64,000 nucleotides of DNA from an uncultured bacterium (GTDB lineage Bacteria; Acidobacteriota; Thermoanaerobaculia; Multivoradales; JAHZIX01). The stretch covers positions 217,536 to 281,535 of the forward strand of contig CBDUPA010000007.1 in NCBI GenBank assembly GCA_965368975.1, in the 5' to 3' direction. The notes under the pieces were generated by a model, which was given only the letters and a program-made list of their open reading frames with translations, did not search any database and had not been told where the DNA came from. This document shows, one piece after another, positions 30,338-39,030 of the stretch. Every line of letters begins with the position of its first letter. The first letter of the stretch is position 1. A program made the translations under genes and the position numbers.

Positions 30338-31268
30338 CCGGATTGAAGCGGAGGCCTTCGAAGGCGGTGGCGTCTGGGGGCATGCCTACGTACCCGTGCT
30401 GGAAAGCCTGCTCGAGGCAGGGGCGAACCCGCGCATGCATGCCGGTACTTCAGCCGGTGCGATTGTCGCCTTCCTGCGCGCTCTCCGGTACCCACCGAGC
30501 GAGATCGGAAGACTTCAAGAGTCCACCGACTGGGCGAAGTGGGCCCAGATTGATTTCTCGGCTCTGTGGCGCCTTCCGTTCAAGAAGGGGCTGGCCTCGA
30601 CCAAGGTGCCGCGCGAGTGGCTCGAGGAGCGGCTGCTCGATCTCGGCCTGCGCCTGGACCTCACGTTCAGGGAGCTGCAAGAGGCAACCGAGCACCAGCT
30701 GTGCGTAGTCGCAACCCGCTACGCCTGGATCGACGGCCGACCGGATGCTACCCCCCGGGTGTTTTGCCCAGTCCGAACACCGCACGCCGTTGTTGTTGAT
30801 GCCGTCCTGGCTTCGATGGCGGTTCCAGGGCTCTGGCCTCCGGTCCAGGTGCGCGAGCATAAGCGCGCCAGCTACTGGTACTGCGACGGGGGTGCCGGCT
30901 ACAACCACCCGATCGACCTCTTTCACCATCTGCCCGACGAGAAGGTGATCGGCGTTCGCGTCGACACCTCCCGCGAGATCGAGTTCAGGCGCGCCAGCGT
31001 TGAGCCTCGACGCCCGATGCTGGTGCATGCGGTTCGCGCACTAGTGGCAATGCTACGGCGGGAGGCCAACAGGGCTCACGTCGATCGATGGCACCGCATC
31101 GTCCGGATCAACGTCGGGGACCTGCGCGCGCTCGAGTTCGACCTGCCGCCCGAGGACATCGAGGCGCTGCGTAAGGCCGGCCGGAGGGCGTGGAAGAAGT
31201 GGACGGCGCCGGCGCCCAGGATCACCGGTGGCTACGCCTACTTCAGTCAGGCGGAGGTGGAGTCGTGA
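30285..31268 (+). CDS. Patatin-like phospholipase
   Basis: FEGGGVWG, GTSAG, ASMAVP, DGG motifs; start may be 30327. Confidence 0.9.
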   Translation: MSTTLPPHQKKGGVMHVDRIEAEAFEGGGVWGHAYVPVLESLLEAGANPRMHAGTSAGAIVAFLRALRYPPSEIGRLQESTDWAKWAQIDFSALWRLPFKKGLASTKVPREWLEERLLDLGLRLDLTFRELQEATEHQLCVVATRYAWIDGRPDATPRVFCPVRTPHAVVVDAVLASMAVPGLWPPVQVREHKRASYWYCDGGAGYNHPIDLFHHLPDEKVIGVRVDTSREIEFRRASVEPRRPMLVHAVRALVAMLRREANRAHVDRWHRIVRINVGDLRALEFDLPPEDIEALRKAGRRAWKKWTAPAPRITGGYAYFSQAEVES

Positions 31269-31510
31269 GCAGGAATTGCCGCTTGACGATGGAGGTCACG
31301 CCGAAGCTGTGGACCAGGCTCAGCAAGATGTGCACCCCAGAGGGTATTGACTACTTCTGTCTCATTCGGCGTGCGCTGGCAGTGTACGAGGCGCTTCTTG
31401 CTGAAGAGCGGGCCGGCAACGTCCTGGTGTCGAAGCGTCCAGACGGCACAGAGAAGCGGGTTCTGCTACGGCCGGATGATGTAGCGCATGATGCGGCGGC
31501 GGAGTCATGA
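31265..31510 (+). CDS. Small ribbon-helix-helix-like protein
   Basis: IRRALAVYEALLAEERAG; similar to 29667..29897. Confidence 0.55.
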   Translation: MSRNCRLTMEVTPKLWTRLSKMCTPEGIDYFCLIRRALAVYEALLAEERAGNVLVSKRPDGTEKRVLLRPDDVAHDAAAES

Positions 31511-31932
31511 AGTCCCTCACCCTCCACCAGCCGCACACGCACAGCGTCGCCCACCTCGGGAAGCGGATCGAGAACCGGAACTGGACACCGCCCGCCCACC
31601 TGGTCGGCGAGGTGATCGCCATCCATGCCGGCAAGAAGCTTGACCTCGAGGCGCTGGAGGACCTGCAGCAGAGGGGGTACGAGATCCCCGACGAGCTGCC
31701 CGCCAAAGCCGTCGTAGCCGTCGCCCGCTTGGTCAGCGTCGTCGAGGTCGCACCGCCTGAGTCTCACCCGCAGCGGCAGTGGTGGATCGGTCCATATGGC
31801 TGGATCCTGGACGACGTTGTAGCACTGCCGTCTCCGGTGCCCTGTCGTGGGTATCAGAGGCTCTGGAACCTGCCGAGTGATGTGGCTGAGGCCGTGTACG
31901 AGCAGTGGGGAAAGGCTGAGGTGGCGGCGTGA
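31507..31932 (+). CDS. ASCH domain protein
   Basis: SLTLHQP...GKRIENRNW...IAIHAG...PCRGYQRLW. Confidence 0.85.
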   Translation: MKSLTLHQPHTHSVAHLGKRIENRNWTPPAHLVGEVIAIHAGKKLDLEALEDLQQRGYEIPDELPAKAVVAVARLVSVVEVAPPESHPQRQWWIGPYGWILDDVVALPSPVPCRGYQRLWNLPSDVAEAVYEQWGKAEVAA

Positions 31933-32213
31933 GTGACTACGACTGGCACCGACCGCCGGCGACGCTGAAGGAGGCGGAGATTCTCCAGGGCGCCGTGCTC
32001 GAGCAGATGTTGGCCGCCGCCGAGAGCGGCGAAGTCGCCTGCGTGTGTTCCCGTACCCGGCCGCTGGTCGATGCTTACCGGTGCTACTGCTGTGGGCTTT
32101 GGTTCTGCTTGGCGTGCGCCCGGAAGCACTTCGGACCCCGGCCGAAGGCCTTCGGTGACGTGGTTGAGACGCGACCGAGTGCGGCCTGCTGCACCGGGGA
32201 AGGTGCGCCGTGA
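31929..32213 (+). CDS. Small Cys-rich (Zn-finger) phage protein
   Basis: CVC...CYCC...CLACARKHF. Confidence 0.65.
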   Translation: MSDYDWHRPPATLKEAEILQGAVLEQMLAAAESGEVACVCSRTRPLVDAYRCYCCGLWFCLACARKHFGPRPKAFGDVVETRPSAACCTGEGAP

Positions 32214-32428
32214 TCTCGGACGTGCAGCTCCGAGGCCTCGACGCCAGCCTACAGCGTGCCTACCTGCGTGCGCAGGGGCTGCTCCGAGAGATGGGCCCCG
32301 CTTCTACGGTGGAGCACCGTAGGGCCACGGCGGCGGCGCTGGCGGGGCTGCGCTACGCAGCGCAAGTTGCAATGGATGAGATCGACGCTGACCTGGGCGC
32401 CGAGCAGGAGCGGAGGGCTACGGCGTGA
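32210..32428 (+). CDS. Phage hypothetical protein
   Basis: GTGA-coupled helical ORF. Confidence 0.5.
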   Translation: MISDVQLRGLDASLQRAYLRAQGLLREMGPASTVEHRRATAAALAGLRYAAQVAMDEIDADLGAEQERRATA

Positions 32429-32612
32429 CGGCTTCGTCCTCTTCGTCTGGGTCCGGGATGGGTTCGCCGAGGATGCGCTGTGCTTCCTGCAAGGCGAGGT
32501 GTCGCATCCATGAGGCGCGACTCAAGCCGACCCGCTGCGCTGCGCGGTTCAGGTACTCGGCCTGCGTCTCCTTGATGCGCATGGTGATCGTCTTCTCGAA
32601 GGTGCTTCCCAT
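32418..32612 (-). CDS. Small RHH DNA-binding protein
   Basis: TITMRIKE...LNRAAQRVGLSRASWMR. Confidence 0.7.
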   Translation of the reverse strand: MGSTFEKTITMRIKETQAEYLNRAAQRVGLSRASWMRHLALQEAQRILGEPIPDPDEEDEAVTP

Positions 32613-32642
32613 ATTTCAATCTTACCATGGCTGGGTGAGTTC

Positions 32643-32693
32643 TTGACACATGGAGCCGCATTGACTAGCATTTGGAGTTTCAATGGAGTTCCA
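32643..32693 (+). promoter_or_regulatory. Sigma70-like promoter overlapped by TGGAG repeats (candidate RHH operator)
   Basis: TTGACA-N17-TAGCAT; TGGAG at 32651, 32673 and 32684. Confidence 0.6.
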
Positions 32694-32718
32694 CTAACGA
32701 CAAGCAAAGGAGGCCTTG

Positions 32719-33060
32719 ATGCCTGAGGAGACACCGCTGAACCAACTGAACCCCGAAACCCGAGCTGGCCTCGCCCACCTGCAAGACCTGACCAGGAAGG
32801 TGGGAAAGCAGATCGCCGGCAGAGTCGCCGCCCAGGAAGAGGCGACGAAGACACCGAAGCATCACCCCTCGGTGAGTGCCTTGCTTTGCTTCTTCCGGTT
32901 CGAACACCTACCCGAGCACCTGCAGCGAGTTGCGAGCCCGTTCGGTGAGCTGGCAAACCAGGTAGCGGATCGTGCGCCGTTCAACCCTGAGACAACCGTT
33001 GCCCTGCGCAAGCTGCTCGAGGCGAAGGATTGCGCAGTGCGCGCGGCGCTAGCCGGCTGA
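32719..33060 (+). CDS. Conserved phage helical-hairpin protein (possibly Acb2/Tad1-like fold)
   Basis: RBS AGGAGG; FFRFEHLPEHLQ...PETTVALRKLLEAKDCAVRA. Confidence 0.6.
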   Translation: MPEETPLNQLNPETRAGLAHLQDLTRKVGKQIAGRVAAQEEATKTPKHHPSVSALLCFFRFEHLPEHLQRVASPFGELANQVADRAPFNPETTVALRKLLEAKDCAVRAALAG

Positions 33061-33178
33061 TCACGAGATTTCAACGGGCCCCGATGGCCCAACGAAAGAG
33101 ACCTACGGCGGGTTGTCGATCAATGAGCCGAGGCCGTGCGACACGGCCACCTTTCACGAATCGATCTGGAGGTATGGC

Positions 33179-35275
33179 ATGGGCGCTCCGAGAAGACCAG
33201 CAGCACACAGGAACTTCACCTTGAAGCCAGAGCTCTTGCACGGATTGGCTTGGCGGACCCTCTTGCCGATGACTCGACTCCTGTACATCGAGCTAGGAAT
33301 GCTCGCTGCCTGTAACGATCGAAGTCCCGGCAAGCTCACGGCGTTCGACGGTGCGTGGCCCTCATTGGCTAACGTGTTGCGAGGCTGGAATGCGGCGGAT
33401 CTTAAACATCATCTCGCAGCTCTTAGGGAGGCTCGGCTCATTGAGACTGACCCCGAGACCGGTCTCGACTACTTTCCTGAATTGGTGGAGAAGGAAGAGA
33501 GACGCCAGGCTGCTGCCGCGAAGAGGGAAGCCAAGAGATCGCAAGGCCGCGTTGCGTCGATGACGCAGGAAGTCAAAGACCCGGCTCAGATCGATGAAGT
33601 GAATGGAAGGCTCGAGGTTCTTGTCGAGGCCGCTCGGGAGCACGAACACGAAGTCTTTAAAGACGCAACAGGCGACGAGTGGACTCGGCTAGCCGAAGTC
33701 CCGCCTGACGTTCTTGCCAACGGCGAAGAGCCTGGTTCCACGAACGACTTCCCACCCACCGAAGAAGAGCTGGTGCAGCAGTGGGAGCGCCGAAGGGCTG
33801 CGCGCCAGGCAGCTGCCGAGGCCGCCCCCGACCCGGACGATCAGGATCCTGACGACCCCCCCGACGACGATCCTGCCGGTTCACCACCGCCGGCAGACCC
33901 AGATTCAGAACCTCCCCCACCGCCACCGGCGGGAGGGAATCCCGAAACCGGAGGTGATGCCCAGCAATCAGGCGGCACCTCGGCGGCAGTCGCAGACGAA
34001 CAGACGCTTGATAGGGAAGAGGGGCGCGTGGCCCCAGTTGAGGCGACTGCTGCCGAGGAATCCCGTCCCTTGAGACTCAGACTGAAGGAGCGCCTGCAGC
34101 AGGAGATGGATCCCGAAGAGTACGCGAGGTGGTTTGACCCGCTGAGGGTTTCGTCCGAGACCGCCGACAGAATTGTGCTGCGCGTTCCACACGAGCGCTT
34201 CCTGCTCGCCCTCGAGGAAGGGCACAGGCCACTCATCAACAGACTGGAAGAGGAAGGAGGCTTCACCGTGGAGCTGGCTACCAAGGAGCAAGTACGCGAC
34301 GCCGAGGAGGCGCGCAGGCTGGCCGAGCTGAGGGAGCAGGGGCCCGCGCCCTTCTACCAGACGCCGGTGATGACCGGGGAGGCCTACCGAGAGCAGTTCC
34401 CGGACCTGGTCGAGCAGGCCGAGAAGGCCGAGAAGGACGAAGGCGAGGGTGCCGCCTGCGCGCGAGACGGTGCCGCAAGCACAGAAGGAGTTCGGGACGC
34501 CGGTACCGCCGGAAGTCGACCAGTGCTTGCGGCAGAAGGTGAAGAGCAGGGTGATCACGAGGGGCCAGGCGAAGTGGGCGAGCGCGGCGTCTCTGATGAA
34601 GGGCATCGCAGTGAAACTCCCTCCGCCCCGGACCAGGTATGGGATCGAGACGGGCGAGATGACGCGCACATCGGGGCGATGATGGCCGATGGACAGCCAC
34701 CTCTGCGGTTCGGCCGGCCGCGCTGCGCGGAGGTCGTGCAGTTCCCGCAGACCGAGCCGCGGGCCGTTGAGGTGCGCGCGCTGGCGCCGGCGGCGATGAC
34801 CGTTGCCTTGGAGCCTCCGGCGACGTCGAAGAGTGGCGCGGTGGTCGAGATCCTGGATTCCGACCTACCCGAAGGGGCAACCGAGGAGGAAGCCAAGACG
34901 GCGCGTGAAGGGTTCGCCCGCAGGGTTGCGAACGGCGAGGACCCCGAGGCGGCCAAGAGGATCGCCCTGCGTGCGCTGCGCTCCTTCATGAAGGGAAACA
35001 TCCTCCGGCGCCAGCAGGCCGACTCTGAGGTGGAGTACCGGACCTGTGACAAGTGCCCGAGCCGGCAGCTGGCGTCACTGCTGATCAGTGGCGTGCGCTG
35101 CGAGTCCTGTGCGATTGAGCACGGTGTGCCGATGGTGGAGAAGGACTACGCCGAGTGTGACAAGTGCCACTACCGGTTCCGCGTGGCCAAGTTGGTGGGT
35201 GGTGTCCGGTGCGAGACCTGTGTTGCCAAGCACGGCGAGAAACAGCAGAACCTGCAGAAGGAGATGTTCGGATGA
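33179..35275 (+). CDS. Putative phage replication protein with DnaA domain-I-like module and C-terminal Zn ribbons
   Basis: N-terminal helical/HTH region; LQQEMDPEEYARWFDPL...IVLRVPHERF; two CDKC...VRCExC repeats. Confidence 0.6.
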   Translation: MGAPRRPAAHRNFTLKPELLHGLAWRTLLPMTRLLYIELGMLAACNDRSPGKLTAFDGAWPSLANVLRGWNAADLKHHLAALREARLIETDPETGLDYFPELVEKEERRQAAAAKREAKRSQGRVASMTQEVKDPAQIDEVNGRLEVLVEAAREHEHEVFKDATGDEWTRLAEVPPDVLANGEEPGSTNDFPPTEEELVQQWERRRAARQAAAEAAPDPDDQDPDDPPDDDPAGSPPPADPDSEPPPPPPAGGNPETGGDAQQSGGTSAAVADEQTLDREEGRVAPVEATAAEESRPLRLRLKERLQQEMDPEEYARWFDPLRVSSETADRIVLRVPHERFLLALEEGHRPLINRLEEEGGFTVELATKEQVRDAEEARRLAELREQGPAPFYQTPVMTGEAYREQFPDLVEQAEKAEKDEGEGAACARDGAASTEGVRDAGTAGSRPVLAAEGEEQGDHEGPGEVGERGVSDEGHRSETPSAPDQVWDRDGRDDAHIGAMMADGQPPLRFGRPRCAEVVQFPQTEPRAVEVRALAPAAMTVALEPPATSKSGAVVEILDSDLPEGATEEEAKTAREGFARRVANGEDPEAAKRIALRALRSFMKGNILRRQQADSEVEYRTCDKCPSRQLASLLISGVRCESCAIEHGVPMVEKDYAECDKCHYRFRVAKLVGGVRCETCVAKHGEKQQNLQKEMFG

Positions 35276-35449
35276 AGACAACAAGCTCGCGAGCGTTCAG
35301 TTGGCGATCTTCCGAGCGCTGATTGAAACATCAAGACTTACGCTGTGGTTTTGGAGCCCTCTGAGAAATCAGCACTTGACACGGGATCCGACCACGAGGA
35401 AGATCAAAGCACTATGCCTTTTGAAAGCCATTAGGAGGAAGTTGAGAAT

Positions 35450-36859
35450 ATGCGTTACGGACGTCATGTGTGGAATGGTGCGACTCTGCGGCAGTTGACG
35501 ATCTTGGAATTGGCCAACATCCTGGATGAGCAATCGGAGGCGGCCGCGTTGCACATGCCAGCGATGTTGGATCTCTTTCGGTCCAACGAGATTACCGGGG
35601 CGATGGCGGAGCGGCTCGAAGAAGATCAGCTGGACTTGGGTGGACTTTACGGGTTTCGGAAGTCCTACATGCAGCGACGGGCTGGTCGCATCGAGGTACT
35701 AGAGGCGCTAGAGAAGGATCAGTTCCGGGCGCTGTTCGAGTCCGAGCCGGAAGCGGAAACAGCTCCGGTGATCCAGTGGAAGAATCTCGAAGCCGTCGTC
35801 GCGGAGATGGTCAAGCGAAGCCGGAGCACCGTAGATGCCCAGCCGGAGGCTGGGTGGTGGTGGGCCAAGCTGGCGTACGACCTTGCGCATCGCATGAGGC
35901 GTCGATGGGAGGGTGAGAGTCCCGAATCGAAGCTCGAAGTCGCGCTAGGACCCGGCGGTGGACTCCAGGCCTCCGGGAGCCTGGATGAGGACGGCCCGCT
36001 GGGGCACGACTCAGAGAATGAAGCCGAGGTGGAGGCGTGGCGGTTTCTTGAGGCTCGGAGCCTTCGCGCTCTGGCCAATGCCACGCGCGCTATCGGACGT
36101 CTGACGGAAGCAGGGCGACTCTTTGGCGAGGCCGAGCAGTGCGTGGCCGCGAGGGCTTCCGGAGGAGCGTTGACTGCGGAGGTCTGTGACTTGCTCTCGC
36201 TGGAGGCTTCCTTGGAGACTGACAGGGGCAACTGGGAGCGAGGCATAGAGCTTCTGGAACTGCACGGGCAGTTGGCGGACGGAGGGGAGTGGCACAAGGG
36301 ACGCATCAAACTGGCCAAGTTGCACTACGAGCGCGACGACGTGGAGACGGCTATCGCGATAAGCCTAGACTTGGTTCAGCAGATGCCGGCAGGGCGAATG
36401 AGGGATGCCGCTACCCTTAATGTGTGCCTCTACCTGGTTGAGGCGGGGCATGTGCAAGATGCAGAGGATCGACTTCAGGCGAACAAGCTCGCTGGCGTCC
36501 CGGACGAGCGCATCTCTTGGATTCGCGCGAAGATCTTGGCCGCAAAGGGCAGCAGCGAGGCGGAGCGCCACTTCGAGATCGCGCTCAACCGCCTACTGGC
36601 GAAGAGAAACGGACCTCTTGCAGCACTGGTTTGGCTTGAATGGGGGCTCTGGCTCGTGGAGATTAACCGACCCCAGGATGCTGCCGAGAAGGCCAGCCTG
36701 GCAGGAGCGGTCTTGCAGGTGACGGACATGGAAAGAGAGGGCCTAGCCGCTGCCGTGCTAGACCTGCAGGCCAAGCTGCAGCAGCAGGCCCTCACGCTAA
36801 AGGTGGCCGCTCGGCTGCGCTCTGTCTTTGAGGCAGCCTGCAGTGGGCGGCGAGCCTAA
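35450..36859 (+). CDS. TPR-like helical repeat protein (candidate peptide receptor)
   Basis: RBS AGGAGG; tandem helical repeats (LANATRAIGRLTEAGRLF; LAKLHYERDDVETAI; YLVEAGHVQDA); no TM or signal. Confidence 0.8.
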   Translation: MRYGRHVWNGATLRQLTILELANILDEQSEAAALHMPAMLDLFRSNEITGAMAERLEEDQLDLGGLYGFRKSYMQRRAGRIEVLEALEKDQFRALFESEPEAETAPVIQWKNLEAVVAEMVKRSRSTVDAQPEAGWWWAKLAYDLAHRMRRRWEGESPESKLEVALGPGGGLQASGSLDEDGPLGHDSENEAEVEAWRFLEARSLRALANATRAIGRLTEAGRLFGEAEQCVAARASGGALTAEVCDLLSLEASLETDRGNWERGIELLELHGQLADGGEWHKGRIKLAKLHYERDDVETAIAISLDLVQQMPAGRMRDAATLNVCLYLVEAGHVQDAEDRLQANKLAGVPDERISWIRAKILAAKGSSEAERHFEIALNRLLAKRNGPLAALVWLEWGLWLVEINRPQDAAEKASLAGAVLQVTDMEREGLAAAVLDLQAKLQQQALTLKVAARLRSVFEAACSGRRA

Positions 36860-36960
36860 CCGTCAGGATCAATGGCGGCGGACTTGTTGCCCTCGTCTTC
36901 CGCCTGCGATGCCTCGCCACCACCGAACACGGTCTCTACGATCCAAATCAGAAGGTCCAT
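36856..36960 (-). CDS. 34-aa peptide MDLLIWIVETVFGGGEASQAEDEGNKSAAIDPDG
   Basis: GGAGGA RBS 7 nt upstream of ATG; stop overlaps the TPR gene stop; C-terminal motif shared with neighbour. Confidence 0.75.
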   Translation of the reverse strand: MDLLIWIVETVFGGGEASQAEDEGNKSAAIDPDG

Positions 36961-37133
36961 AACACTTTCCTCCAACCCGGCGAGTCGTCGATACACCACC
37001 CCCATGGCGGTGGACGCCCGCCGAAGTCCTAACTCTTCAAGGTACCAAAGCAGAGTCGGCAACGCATGCCCGGCTCTGCTTAAGTACGCGAGTTAGGGGA
37101 GTGGTAGAGATCTGGAGAAGAGCGGGCGAGGGC

Positions 37134-37733
37134 TTAGGCTGGTTGACCGTTCGGGTCGATGGCCGCAGAGGCGCCGTTCGGATCGATCATCACGGACTTG
37201 TTGCCGTTCGGATCGATGGCAGCGGATCGCCCATCGGGGTCGATCATTACCGAGGCGCCATCCGGGTCGATCATTACGGACTTGGCGATCACGAACCCGT
37301 CGGGGTCGATGGCTGACGAGATGCCATCCGGATCAATCATCGCGGACCGACCGTTGGGGTCCAGTGCTGGCGACATCCCGTTCGGGTCGATCGCGGCAGA
37401 CTTGCCATCGGGGTCAATCACTACCGAGCGTCCATTCGGGTCGATCGCGACCGACTTGGCGACGAGGCAGCCGTCCGGATCTATGGCCACCGATCGGCCG
37501 TTTGGATCGATCATTGCCGAAGCTCCGCCAGGATGACTGGCCACCGATTGACCGTTGGGGTCGATGGCTACAGACGCGCCGTTGGGATCGATCGCGACTG
37601 AGCGACCATTTGGGTCGATGGCAGAGGAAAGGCCATCCGGGTCGATCATCACTGATCGGCCGTGCGGATCGATGAAGGTACCGGCGTTGTCGTGAGCGAA
37701 GACAGTCAGAAGAGTCAAGAGCAGTAGTTCCAC
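37134..37733 (-). CDS. Multi-repeat peptide precursor, 19 x xSxxIDP[D/N]G
   Basis: GGAGGA RBS, GTG start, hydrophobic N-terminus, then nonamer repeats with synonymously diverged codons. Confidence 0.85.
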   Translation of the reverse strand: MELLLLTLLTVFAHDNAGTFIDPHGRSVMIDPDGLSSAIDPNGRSVAIDPNGASVAIDPNGQSVASHPGGASAMIDPNGRSVAIDPDGCLVAKSVAIDPNGRSVVIDPDGKSAAIDPNGMSPALDPNGRSAMIDPDGISSAIDPDGFVIAKSVMIDPDGASVMIDPDGRSAAIDPNGNKSVMIDPNGASAAIDPNGQPA

Positions 37734-37881
37734 GGAAGGCTCCTCCAGAGCATGGGTGGGTGATGGCGAGTACTATATCTGAGAGTCTGGTGGTGGTGAT
37801 TTCTCTTGAGTACGTGAGTTAGGATTGGGGCGCGGTTCGAGGTGACCTAGGACGAGCTAGCCAGCAGGAGGATGGTGATCC

Positions 37882-38901
37882 GTGGACAAGAAGAACTCTG
37901 TTGTTTATAGCGCTGGTTTCACGGTGCGAGACAATTCTGAGCTGAGCTCTCTATGCTTGGTCCATGATCAGATCCTGTTGCCAGCAACTGGTGACCCTCC
38001 GGAACTCTCAGCAGGTGTGGATGACACTCCTGAGGAAGTCGCTGTGAATTACATCTTGATGACGATTTTTGGGAAAGCGCCTGAATCATTTCTCAGTTGG
38101 GAGCGGCGTCATGCCTTGCTCTTTGATGAGTCAGTTCTTCAGCGCCTCGAGCCTCCAGTTGGCCGAGATTCGTTTCTTGATGCAGACTTGGAGGTAAGAC
38201 TACAGAGGTCTCAGATACGAAAAGTCTTCTTTGGAATGATTGAAGATGTTCTTGAGTACTCACGTGGACTGGGGTCGACAAGTACGCCGATGAAGGTGCT
38301 TGGTAAATTAGATTCTGAGGCTCGGAGGCATGCTGTTTACTTCTGGGAAACTAGCTACCTGGCGATGCACTTATCCCGCAAGGATCTGCCCAAAGACTTA
38401 CCTTCAGTTGGCGTCGCTTCAGCCTCGGACCAACCGACGAACACTCAGCTTGCCGGCTCTGTGATTGAAATCGTCCTCCCCAGCCTTCCCGACCTCCACC
38501 CCGAACAGATCCTGGAACTCCGCCGCAAGGTAGCTGACACCCGCGAGGGATTCAGCCTCCACCTGCAGACCTTGACCGCCGATCTTGAGAAGCTGGTTCA
38601 AGAAGGCGAAGATCTCGAAGAGATCAAGCGCCACGCAGACAGCATCGCTGCCCGACAGCTCTACCCCGCCTACCGGGAGTTCCGCCGACAGCTGTTCTCG
38701 GAGAAGGCCGTTGCTGCAGCGAAGGTACTTGGCGGTGGCGGTTTGGCTCTCAACCTTGCAGCTACGGGTAACTGGTGGGGAGCCCTGGCAGCGTTCGGTG
38801 TGACCTCTCTACTGAGCACCGTACCGCAGCTCAAGGAGAGCTTGACCAACAAGAGGCAGGCTTTCCAGTTCATGCGGAAGGTGGAGGAGGTAGGGGAATA
38901 G
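37882..38901 (+). CDS. Accessory (moron) hypothetical protein with C-terminal hydrophobic hairpin
   Basis: RBS AGGAGG; AT-richer 5' half; VLGGGGLALNLAATGNWWGALAAFGV. Confidence 0.7.
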   Translation: MDKKNSVVYSAGFTVRDNSELSSLCLVHDQILLPATGDPPELSAGVDDTPEEVAVNYILMTIFGKAPESFLSWERRHALLFDESVLQRLEPPVGRDSFLDADLEVRLQRSQIRKVFFGMIEDVLEYSRGLGSTSTPMKVLGKLDSEARRHAVYFWETSYLAMHLSRKDLPKDLPSVGVASASDQPTNTQLAGSVIEIVLPSLPDLHPEQILELRRKVADTREGFSLHLQTLTADLEKLVQEGEDLEEIKRHADSIAARQLYPAYREFRRQLFSEKAVAAAKVLGGGGLALNLAATGNWWGALAAFGVTSLLSTVPQLKESLTNKRQAFQFMRKVEEVGE

Positions 38902-38953
38902 AGTGAGCGGAAGTGTGCCTTTCACTTTTCAGCGGGACTCCAACGAAATCAAC

Positions 38954-39000
38954 CCTGGTAAGTCGTCGCCGGGCTAGCGTTTCGCCGAGTACTTACCAGG
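38954..39000. promoter_or_regulatory. Perfect 10-bp inverted repeat upstream of RiPP-like ORF
   Basis: CCTGGTAAGT-N27-ACTTACCAGG. Confidence 0.55.
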
Positions 39001-39030
39001 AAGATCCGGCTACAAGCCAGGAGGTGAGAT

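Noticed and set aside
36961-37062. 68-aa version of the small peptide ORF from the track
   Set aside because: The strong RBS sits before ATG 36960; the upstream extension lacks an RBS and overlaps a hairpin
37134-37733. 27-bp periodic repeats as a CRISPR array or DGR repeat
   Set aside because: No constant repeat with unique spacers, variation is synonymous within one frame, and there is no cas or reverse transcriptase gene
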